Assembly: GCF_001194135.2 (NCBI RefSeq)
Contig: NC_068994.1
Location: 47,437,369-47,501,368 of the forward strand
Direction: 5' to 3'
DNA: 64,000 nt
Source: Octopus bimaculoides
Lineage: Eukaryota
Of this stretch, positions 14,997 to 26,469 are shown in pieces. Position 1 is the stretch's first letter. Each line of letters opens with the position of its first letter. The position numbers and the translations under genes are program-made. Below the pieces are notes generated by a model that saw nothing but the letters and a program-made list of their open reading frames with translations, was not told where the DNA came from and searched no databases.

Positions 14997-15273
14997 NNNN
15001 NNNNNNNNNNNNNNNNNNNNNNNNNNNNNNNNNNNNNNNNNNNNNNNNNNNNNNNNNNNNNNNNNNNNNNNNNNNNNNNNNNNNNNNNNNNNNNNNNNNN
15101 NNNNNNNNNNNNNNNNNNNNNNNNNNNNNNNNNNNNNNNNNNNNNNNNNNNNNNNNNNNNNNNNNNNNNNNNNNNNNNNNNNNNNNNNNNNNNNNNNNNN
15201 NNNNNNNNNNNNNNNNNNNNNNNNNNNNNNNNNNNNNNNNNNNNNNNNNNNNNNNNNNNNNNNNNNNNNNNNN

Positions 15274-15336
<63 letters not shown>

Positions 15337-16474
15337 AATATATATACAAACACACACACACACACACACAAATATATATATACATATAAGCTACCAAGTG
15401 TATACCATACAATTTATCTAATAATGTATACACATTACAAAAGCCCTTCTCAAACCAGAGGCTCATAAAGCTGGTTTCCTAGATTCCATAGCATATACAT
15501 GCCCCACCTCGATGGGATGTTGTTCTATTGCAGGCTTACTCATTTTTGCCAGTTGAGTGAAGTGGAACAACATGGAATGGAGTGTTTTGCTCAAGAACAC
15601 AACGCATCGCTTAGTCCGGGAATTAAAACCGCAATCTTATGATCATGAGTACAACACCCTAACAACTATGCTATGCACCACACACGCACACACATATACA
15701 CACATGCGAGTAGTACAAACAGGATATTAAACTCAAACCGTTGATACTTTTTATTATTTTTAATCAATTAATCATCAGAAGTTATAAAGTGACTCAGGGG
15801 ATTACAGTTTCATGCCAGCATACATTTAAAAATAAGTGTTTTATCAACTGATCATGGAATGGTTTTAAATGAGTTGTATTTAATTTTCCCATAAATAGTC
15901 AACTGAGTGAATGATCGAGGTAAGCCTTCTGTGAAAACTATTTAAGGAGAGAGTGTGATGCTTGGTTTTTATTTACTGCTAAGTGGACTGGGCCATTTTT
16001 GTGTTACATGATTTGGTCATGGACACAGAATGGCTAGATGGACTGTGTGTGTGTATGTATGTATCTTTTATCTTGTACTTATTCGGTCATTAAACTGCAG
16101 CCATGCTGGGGTACTGCCTTGAATTTTTAGTCAAATGAATTGACCCTATTGCTTTTTTTTTTCTTCCTTTTTAGGCCTGGCACATATTCTATTGGTCACT
16201 TTTGCCAAGCCACTCCAATTATAGGGATGTAAACAGATCAACACGAGTGGGGACAAATACACACACATACACACACACACACACGTTATATAGAAATACG
16301 ACAGCCTTCTTTCAGTTTCTGTCTGTCAAATCCACTCACAAGGCTTTGGTTGGCCTGAAGTTATAATAGAAGACACTTGCCCAAGGTGCCATACAGTGGG
16401 ACTGAACCAGGAACCATATGATTGGGAGCAAGCTTCTTACCACACAGCCACATTTGTGCCTATATATATATATA

Positions 16475-16500
16475 CAGGGTAGCCCAAAAGTAGGTTTACA
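16475..16500 (+). mobile_element. Single Tc1/mariner-like terminus
   Basis: TA|CAGGGTAGCCCAAAAGT resembles Tc1/mariner TIR starts. No partner end was found. Confidence 0.35.
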
Positions 16501-17243
16501 GGTATTCAACTATCTCTTTTGCATTCATATATTAACAGTTTAGATCTTAATTATAAAAAAAATATGAAACCATTATTCTATGCTAGTTTAGTTAATTTTG
16601 TCAAGCTCCCTTTTCAGTTAGTAAGATATATATACACATACTCACGCATACACATGCATGTGCACACTTACTAAGAACATACACACACGGTGCCATGTGA
16701 ATAAAATATATGTAAACATATGTGTTTGTCCATATTTTTGTTATTGTCAGCTGGATTGTTAAATGGAGCATATATTATTGTTAGTATTTTATAATTCTTA
16801 TCTCGGTCTCTAGCAGTTTTCTCTAATCTAGTTATCTTCTCTTCTAATTACTTTTCTTCTCCAGTTATCTACCTTGCTCCGACCCCAGCTATTCCACCCC
16901 AGCTATTCTGTGCAGCTACAACATGCCACCCACTCCTGATAGCCTCCATCTCGGCAACCTTGCCTCACTATGTCTCAACCCCAACTAACCACCTACCACC
17001 ACCACCACCACTTGAAAATATCAATTTCATCTCTTAATTGTTAGGGTACAGAAAGTTGTGTTGGTGGTGGTAGTGGTGGTAGATGTGTTTTAGTCCTCAT
17101 CTAGTCCCTTTTTTTTTTTGTAATTTGTATGTATGTGTTGGGGTGGGGCCATCAAGCTTCCTTTTCTTTTCTGACAGTCTAATACCAAAATAATCCTTAG
17201 ATGGGGAAGGCAGAGCTATTTATAAATGTTGCTAAATGTTATT

Positions 17244-17305
<62 letters not shown>

Positions 17306-18854
17306 CTTACTTAGCTGCTGTTCCCTGTATCACCTCCTTTCAAATAAGGGGCTCTGCAGGTGATGGGTTGGTAGATGGGTTGAGGGTGAAGAAAAATAGA
17401 GGTGGTGGCTGAGAAGAAGATTTGCCAGATGTAAGCCTACCTCACCACCCCACCCCACCCCATTTGTATACATCTCAGGTTTTTCTCCAAGACATATAAA
17501 ACCAATTTAAATAGTGGGCTCTTTAACCCAGGTCAGATTTGATCAGGCACACCTATATTCAGAGTTCTAGGCATTACCATCCTGTTTTTGCTGACAATGT
17601 ATCCAGAACTACATTATGTAATGCATCCTTGATGGTAAGAGGTAATTTGAGGGGAATTTGGCTGCTTTTTCTAGCATACTGGATGATCCATGGAAGGATT
17701 TTGCTGTTGGTGTGTGCTAGGTTTTACATAATTTGAAGATGCTGTAGAGACAACCTAGTATAGGGTTTTAGTCAAACAAATCAACCTCACTACTTACATT
17801 TTTTTTTTGTCTGGTATTTATTCTATAGGTCTCTTGTGCTGAACTGCTATGTTGTAGGGACATAAACAAACCAACACTGGTTGTTAAGCAGTGGTGATAG
17901 GTAACAAACACAGGTACAAAAATAAAAAGACAGACAAAAACTCACATAGATTTATATGATGGGCTTCCACACAGTTTCCGCATACCAAATTCACTCACAA
18001 AGCATTGGTCGGCTTGGGGCTATAGTAGAGCAGACACTTAACCAAGGTGCTGCATAGTGGGACTGAACCTGAAACCATGTGGTTGCAAAGCAAGCCTCTT
18101 AATCACACAGCCCATGCCTGTGCCTATGGCCAGTTTTTAATTAAACCTGATTGCATGATTCACTGTTTATATAATTTTTTTTTTTCTTTTTCAACTATAT
18201 CAGGATGAAAGCTGAAGTCTGCCATTCCAGGAACTAAACTTAGAAATTAAAGATACATAGCCAGATAACACAAAACATTTCACTCCACTCCACTGCCATA
18301 TCTGAAATACTTTTCAGTTGTGTTTCTATTTTATTTTTGTTTCAACTTCTTGGTGGTTATGGTGGTGGTAGTGATGGGTCTGTAGATTGCTGCAATGTTC
18401 CGACTTAAAACAATCTTAATATATTTAAAATTGCTGCCAAAAAAAAAAAAGAAATAACGTATTGATAATAATAATTGTAATTGTAAAGCTTCTACTTTAA
18501 AGGCAATTTTTAGCTAATTAATCATAGCAATTAACAATGAAGCATGTATAGAGAAGGTGTAATTATCACTGTTGAAGATGACGTATGAGCGTTCAGCTTT
18601 TGCCAAACAACCTGCACAAATGATTTGTTTATAGTAATCAAATGCTGCACATTAATTCACTCATTCCATCAAATTGACAATGCTTGAATAGGTGCACCGT
18701 GTACCATGCGTCAGGTGTCAATGTGATTGCAGAGTGACATGAAATGAAGTGTTTTCACTCAAAAACACAACGCACTACCCTGTCTAGGAATTGAAACTAT
18801 GACTTTGCAATCATGAGTACAACACTCTAACCACTAGACCTTGTGCCCTCACTA

Positions 18855-18938
<84 letters not shown>
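18855..18938. repeat. Compound microsatellite (TAG)n(TAA)n
   Basis: Directly visible in the sequence. Confidence 0.95.
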
Positions 18939-18943
<5 letters not shown>

Positions 18944-19508
18944 TTTTTTATTGCTCTCATGGATTTCTAACTTTTGGCACATGATCATATATTCTGTAAA
19001 TTGAACCCCTTTCTCCAGTGTTTAAGTTACTTATTTTATCCCTTTGCTACTACCTGCTGATGTCAACATTACCTGATATGTAAAGTTGACTTCGGCAGGG
19101 TTTGAAACCAGGATGCAAAGGATTGTAGTTTAATTTTCTTCAACATTGTCAATTTTGCCATCCACCATGCTAATGTTAATGTTAATAGTGAAGTTTTTAT
19201 TTTATAGTAATTAGTTTAGCCATTTAATTAAAACTGTTGATAAGGAAACATGTAGAAACCCAATAATTATCGCCATAATTAATAATGGCTGCGATAATGA
19301 TTTTTAGCTTTTGTTCAAGGTCACACATTTGTAGAGGTGGGAAGGTAATCTGTTGAATCGACAGTTGAGTTAGCATGTTTATTAAAAGGTGGATGAGAGT
19401 GGCAAGACTGGTGAAGTTGAATGGATATACTCTGAGTATACTTTTCTAAGTAGGAGGTAAAAACTGGAAGATGGCACTTGCTATGCCTTGGGGTGAAGTT
19501 CTGTAGTA

Positions 19509-19772
19509 CAGTAATACCTCACTTTACGAAGACCTGCTTTACGGGACCCCAGGTTTACGAGTTTCATTTTATAATAAACATAACAGGTTAAACAGCCAAT
19601 TTGTGTACGTGGCAATGTCGCAACACGTGGAAACACTGGTTTTGATGCATCTATCTACACAGCGATGGAGTATAGTGACGGCATAAAATTTCATTGCCAC
19701 TATGGGAAATTATTTCTCTGCTTTACAAGTGGTCTCCGGGAACAAATTAACTTGTGTATTGAGGTGTTACTG
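19509..19772. mobile_element. Tigger/pogo-type MITE
   Basis: TIRs CAGTAATACCTCA ... TGAGGTGTTACTG with a TA on the left flank. The subterminal GGAACAAATTAAC motif is typical of Tigger-like elements. Confidence 0.7.
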
Positions 19773-19829
19773 CATTTTTAATTGTCATTTTTCTAAGACA
19801 AGTGAAGATTCAAAGAAGATGAAATAAGG

Positions 19830-20489
19830 TAGCTCTGCATATTTAGACAGTTTTGCTTCTCCGTTGTGTCCTAAAGTACATTTTGCCAAAGCTACTGTAG
19901 CAAATTGATGCAACATGGTGTATTGTTTCAGCAAATACACCGTACAGGCAACATCTGTTACTTATATTGTGAGAATTATTGATATCAAGATGGCCTGCTC
20001 CTCTATAATGAATTGTTGTTGTTTCTGTTGCTCCATTCAGAGTGGATTTGTTCATCTAGGCCACAATACAGTTTGTGGAAATAATAGCCATATAAAGGCA
20101 TACATTTATTGTTGTTCACCATGGTTGACTTACATAATCATCAGTATATCTGTCTGTGCTGTTGCTTTAGGTTTAGACAGCTGTACAAAAAATAATTCGG
20201 TTTCTTGAGTGAATTTTATTGTTGTGAATATAATCGATTTGTCATTTTGTAAAATCATAATCAACGAAGGGATGTAATTGGTTTTTCTTATGAGTTAGAA
20301 TGGCAACAGGAGTGACAGCCCTCTCAAGCTGCTTCTTGATGCTCAGTAGTCCCCTACTAATATTTTGTCTTTCAAGAGTGTACAGTGATTGGGAGTCATA
20401 TTCTTTTATTTTTTACTTGTTTCAGTCATTAGATTGTGGTCATGCTGGAATTTTTAATCAAATGAATTGAAAAACATGGATACAATGAT

Positions 20490-20520
<31 letters not shown>

Positions 20521-21280
20521 GATATATATATATATATATATATTATGGACTTCTTTCAGTTTCTGCCTACCAAATCCACTCGCAAGGCATTTGTCAGCCT
20601 GAGGCAACACTAGAAAACACTTACCCAAGGTTTCACACAGCGGGACTGAACTCAGAACCATGTGGTTGGGAAGCTAACTTCTTACCACACAGCTACATAT
20701 AGAATTTTTCTATAGATCTCCCATTTTAATGATTTCCTGAATCTAGTTCTGTTTTATTCTTCTTCAGAGCTATAAGTTATGGCTGGCACTCCTATAATTG
20801 TGTTAATGACACAAATATTGTTGTTACCGAATTTCTAGATTTTTTTTCTTCCATCAAAATATTCATTTTTCATTCTTCTTCACACAGCTTTCACACAATT
20901 TTACTTTCACCCATCCCCAAGTATCTGTAGAACTTGAAATTGCCCAACTCTTGTATTATCTCCCATTTTGGTGGAGTTCCAAATCGTCTGCTTGGTTTAC
21001 TTATCTGGCCTGAATCAACACCTTGCATTTATTTATCCAATCCAGAATGTCCTTGTTCAGTTGATTGACCCTCAAGCTGATGATCTTTTGCACCATTTAA
21101 TTTTAGGTCATCCATGAAGAGAAGATAATAATGAACCAGCTCCTCTCATATAGTTTTCTTAATTGGATCTATTTATTGGTCATTCTAGAGCAATAAGCTT
21201 AGGACAAAATATGGAACAAGTGTATTATAGTCACCTTGGAATATCTTGGCAGATATTCTAGTGAAGCTGGAGGTTACTAT
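19830..21280 (-). mobile_element. Fossil R4/Dong-clade non-LTR retrotransposon ORF (RT, thumb, CCHC knuckle), frameshifted and interrupted by a SINE
   Basis: Hand translation of the minus strand gives the motifs in colinear order: IFQGD (21230-21244), LLFMDDLKL (FMDD 21107-21118), GLDK/CK, YRYLG (20915-20929), INT...YS, LYxLER...RGLLSI (20338-20355), PLYG, ATET...EQAIL and C..Y...ETIHHVASIC...ALAK...HN.EAK (~19860-19956). Confidence 0.8.
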
Positions 21281-21925
21281 TATGGTGTATGATGTATTTC
21301 AGCTTCTAACTTTGGCGCAAGACAATAAATTTTGGGTGAAAGGTATAGTCAATTAAATCAACCAAAGTATTTGTTTTATACTTAATTTTTCCTACCTTGG
21401 AAATATGAATTTGGCTGTTGACAACCCTAGAATTTGTACTGTGAACATAAGAAAAGACCCCCCCCCCCCGGTAAATTCTGTAAAGGCATTTTATCCAACA
21501 GATCATTAATTCTACAACTACTCTGAGCTGTAACATAATAATAAGTAATAATAAATAATAATAATAATAATAATTAATAATAGCAACAACAACAATGGCA
21601 GTAGCAGTAATGTAATCTTGTTACGACATTTTTATCTTAGAAAGCATTTGCATAGTTGACGTGGCCGCCATTGCCAAATAGTTTCCTCTTCAACAGCAGC
21701 CATTATTATGGAACTTGATGAATATGTTCAAGAGTCTGTGTTTGTTGTTTTGTAATGATTGTTTCCTGCTGTGACAAACATCTCTTTTGGTGAGATGATT
21801 CATCTTGAATTCAGTTTGGCAGCTACTGTGCTCTAGATAGCTAGAGATCTTTATAGATGTTTAGATTAGATAGATAGACTGCTGTACATAGAAAGACATA
21901 CTGATTGTGTTAGATAGAGAGATAG

Positions 21926-22058
<133 letters not shown>

Positions 22059-22340
22059 CAGGGAGTGTTAGATAGACAGGTGGAATTATTTGATAGTGAA
22101 TGTTAGAGAGACAGACAGATAGTGTTTGATGGATGAATGGACAGATTGATGGATGAACAGAAAAAGGGAGGTATGGAGAGACTGATAGATGGATTGATGG
22201 GCAGATTGATAGGCATTCTGTAATATAGATAGGTCGTACTCTATCAGTGTCAGTAAGTTCTAGATAGAATGTAGGTAGTCAGTAGACATAGCTAAGTGGT
22301 AGGCAATCTATAGATATAGATAGGTTGTAGGCAGCCCATC

Positions 22341-22379
<39 letters not shown>

Positions 22380-23111
22380 GTTTTCTATGCCTACAAATGC
22401 TTATTTACTTAGTGATTCTTTCATAACTATTTCAACAAGTAGAGTGGAATTTATATTTCACTGAAAATGGTCAAAATAAGACCAAAACATGGCCAGAGTT
22501 ATCTCCTGTATTTAAAAAAAGAATGAAAATATTTCACAAATATTTTTTGTTCACTAAACACATAATTATCTCCAGTTAACCTTTTGATGTTCTCTTCAGT
22601 AAATATGTTAACACTAATTTGACTATTACTACTGATTAGCAGAATGTGGACTATAGACATGTCGTGAAAGACAGCTATATACATATAGGTACAGGCGTGG
22701 CTATATGGTAAGAAGTCTGCTTCCTAGCCACATGGTTCAGGGTTCAGTCCCACTGCATGGTACCTTTAACAAGTGTCTTCTACTGATAGAAACCAGACTG
22801 AAGTATGATGCATTTAATGTATTGGGCCTATGAATCACTCCAAAATTCTGATTCATGATTTGTTTTGTTTGTTCAGCCTACATACTCTTGCACTTCTTTC
22901 TCTACCATAGATATTGCCATCCATCAGACTACACTCTCTTTCTATCTCAAAGCTAGTAGTCCAAACCTACTTACCATAACCACCTTCCTTTTTATAGACC
23001 TGGCCATTTATCATACAGCATCAAATATCTATCAGACATCTTGTCATTCACCAAGCTACATCCCTCACCACCACCACTATTTTATTCTATTTGAGTTCAT
23101 TCAGCTAACTC

Positions 23112-23343
23112 CAGTGGTTCTGAATCATTTTTTTGCCTATGGGATTCCTTTGATAGTCATTTTACTTTATTGGACTCTTATGTTAAAAAAATCCTAATAT
23201 ACATTTATAGTTAATTATTAGAAATTGTATTAAAAATTGTTTGAATATTTTCTGTATTGTAGATATGTAACCAACTTATTGCTCATAAACAATTTATTGC
23301 TCATAAACGAAATTCTTATATGGACCCTGGTTGAGAACCTCTG
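23112..23343. mobile_element. hAT/Charlie-type MITE (copy 3, inverted relative to copy 2)
   Basis: Termini CAGTGGTTCTGAA ... TTGAGAACCTCTG, flanked by the direct repeat AGCTAACTC at 23103-23111 and 23344-23352. Confidence 0.8.
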
Positions 23344-23349
23344 AGCTAA

Positions 23350-23381
<32 letters not shown>

Positions 23382-23687
23382 GATATGGGCAACTGCCTAA
23401 CACACACACACACAGTTCATACCTCAACACATTCACCTCATACATGTTCACAACACATGCACACCCATTTCACATGTACACACTTCACAAGTATACTTTT
23501 CAAACATAACCACCACAACAGACATATGAGTTTTCTACCTGGACACTGTTCTATATTCTGCGGGACCCTCTTTTCCATACTCAATGAAAGGACAGCTTAA
23601 AACCTGATGGCCATCACAAGTATACTCAATCACTACCGCTCTCACTCTCCTCCATTTCTCTCTTTCATAATCTCTGTCTGTCTGTCA

Positions 23688-23720
<33 letters not shown>

Positions 23721-23870
23721 GATATTGCAAATTTTAGAGGTAATACTTGATAATTGTAAGCACCTGTATATGCCAGATAGTGGCCGAGGTGAAAGAATAT
23801 ATTAAAACGTAAAATTACAACAAAAAATTAAAACAAAATCCTTTGTGTTTTGTTTTAATTTTACATTTTA

Positions 23871-23901
<31 letters not shown>

Positions 23902-24451
23902 NNNNNNNNNNNNNNNNNNNNNNNNNNNNNNNNNNNNNNNNNNNNNNNNNNNNNNNNNNNNNNNNNNNNNNNNNNNNNNNNNNNNNNNNNNNNNNNNNNN
24001 NNNNNNNNNNNNNNNNNNNNNNNNNNNNNNNNNNNNNNNNNNNNNNNNNNNNNNNNNNNNNNNNNNNNNNNNNNNNNNNNNNNNNNNNNNNNNNNNNNNN
24101 NNNNNNNNNNNNNNNNNNNNNNNNNNNNNNNNNNNNNNNNNNNNNNNNNNNNNNNNNNNNNNNNNNNNNNNNNNNNNNNNNNNNNNNNNNNNNNNNNNNN
24201 NNNNNNNNNNNNNNNNNNNNNNNNNNNNNNNNNNNNNNNNNNNNNNNNNNNNNNNNNNNNNNNNNNNNNNNNNNNNNNNNNNNNNNNNNNNNNNNNNNNN
24301 NNNNNNNNNNNNNNNNNNNNNNNNNNNNNNNNNNNNNNNNNNNNNNNNNNNNNNNNNNNNNNNNNNNNNNNNNNNNNNNNNNNNNNNNNNNNNNNNNNNN
24401 NNNNNNNNNNNNNNNNNNNNNNNNNNNNNNNNNNNNNNNNNNNNNNNNNNN

Positions 24452-24507
<56 letters not shown>

Positions 24508-24525
24508 GATAGATAGATATTTGTA

Positions 24526-24558
<33 letters not shown>

Positions 24559-25289
24559 CTGTCTTTGTCCCAGTCTCTGCTTGACAGCTGCTGTTGGTGT
24601 GTTTAAGTCCCTGTAACTTAGTGGTTCAGCAAAAGAGAACAATAGACTAAGTAGTACCAGGCTTGAGGCAAAAAAAAGTACTGGGGTCTATTCATTCTGC
24701 TAAAATTCTTCAAGGTGGTGCCTCAGCGTGGCTGCAGTATAATAACTGAAACAAGAAAAAGATTAAAAAAAAAGAAAAAGCAAATCGTCAGAAGCAGCTC
24801 GCCTCTCCCTTCCCAAACTGTCCATGTTAGAAACTGAAGGCTAATTATTAAAATGTAAACAAGTAAATGCCTTGGTGCAAGCTAATTTACAAAGTGGTAG
24901 AAGGCTGATCGCCTGACAGTAATTACTTGAATACCAATACAGTGTGGGTTATGAATAAATAAATGAATAGAGAAATAAATAAATAAATGAATATGTATGG
25001 ATAGATGGATGTACATATATCCATATATATATATTAAGTCTCACTACAAAAAATAAACAAGATGAACCATTTGTTTGTGTACGTGATATNNNNNNNNNNG
25101 ATGATGATGGTGACACAATGGTAATGGGGGGGGGGTTGATATGGTACAGCAGTTTACTAGATTGATAGCTTATCTTTTAATGAAGATAAAATGTTTATGC
25201 TCATTAGGTAAACATGTGAAAACAGCCCTTGCTTTATTCATTGTCTTTTGTTACTGGTCTTGGTTGGTATGTTGTTGTAGTTGGTGTTG

Positions 25290-25830
25290 TTGTTGTTGCT
25301 TGCTGTTTAACACCAAGTCAACTCTGACCGATTAGACCTATATGACCAAAGGCATTCCAGCTGTGAAAGCCATTCTTTGTAGAGTTACGTAGTTCTACAT
25401 TCCTAATGTGTCTTTTCCTTATTTAACATGGTCAGATGAGATTAAAGGGTGGTTTGGCTGCTATTTCTAGTTGGTCGTGCAACCACACAGAGGCTCTCTT
25501 GTCAACTCATGAAAGATGCTTACAGTCATCATGCACCGAAATTCAAACCAGTTCAGACGTTGCTCAACTTTAGTGCTCAAACATGAGCTGGGTTTTTTGA
25601 AATGGTATTTTAGGTAGTGTCACCATCATCATTTAACCCCAAGTCAATGCTAACATCTACACCAAGCCTATGATCAAAAGCATTCCTGCCATGACACCCC
25701 ATCTTTTTACAAAGAAGGAGAACTACATTAATGCATCCTTTGATTATTTGAAAGTTGTTTTTAAACAGAAATTTGACTATTATTTCTCACAGGTGGGGAT
25801 CATGCAGAAGCCCCCCACTGCTGGTCTGTT
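25290..25830 (+). repeat. Interspersed repeat family E (unclassified), two copies
   Basis: Motifs TTTAAC.CCAAGTCAA.CCTGA...GACCTATGATCAAAGGCATTCCAGC...ACTACATT...GATTTGGCTGCTATTTCTAG recur at ~9440-9660, 9955-10450, 17520-17720, 38215-38440, 42700-42890, 48320-48520 and 49900-50100. Confidence 0.6.
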
Positions 25831-25928
25831 GTTGTTGTTGATACTGTAATGAATGAATGGTTGTATTTTGCTCCAAGTAAAATCTGATCCTGAATACTTA
25901 TGATCAAAGATGTTATTACAATCTACTT

Positions 25929-26137
25929 CTGTGGTTCCCAACCAACTCCTATTTTACTCTACTAGATCTCCGTAGCAATTCAATGCATATAAAAACATCC
26001 TACTGTATTTTTATGATTAAATATTATTAAGAATTGTATTATAAACTTAAAATATTTTGTGTAATGTAGAAGTATAACCAATTTATTGCACATAAATTTT
26101 AACAAGGTCTTATATCGACCCCAGTTGAGAACCACTG
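25929..26137. mobile_element. hAT/Charlie-type MITE (copy 4), about 330 nt upstream of exon 2
   Basis: Termini CTGTGGTTCCCAACC ... GTTGAGAACCACTG. Flanks are ATCTACTT / ATCTACCA. Confidence 0.75.
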
Positions 26138-26469
26138 ATCTACCAGATTTTTTAAAATTTTTTATCACTCACTCTGCTAAAAATAGCAGACAAATTCCCC
26201 ACCTTTTCACACATTTTTGTCTTAAAAGAAGGAGATACATTAGATAATGTGATCCTAGTTACACTATTCAGATTGGTTTGTGGTATTGGTGTATATGGCT
26301 GTTAGCAGAGGCAGTGATATGTATGTAGATATCTATCAACATGATGGCTGTTTATATATGTGTGTGTGATTGAACCTGTTTGCATATATGTACATTTATT
26401 TTGTAAATGTCATCATATTTTCTATTAGAAGACTAATTCTTATTTCTCTTTTTCTTTTTCTCTTTGCAG

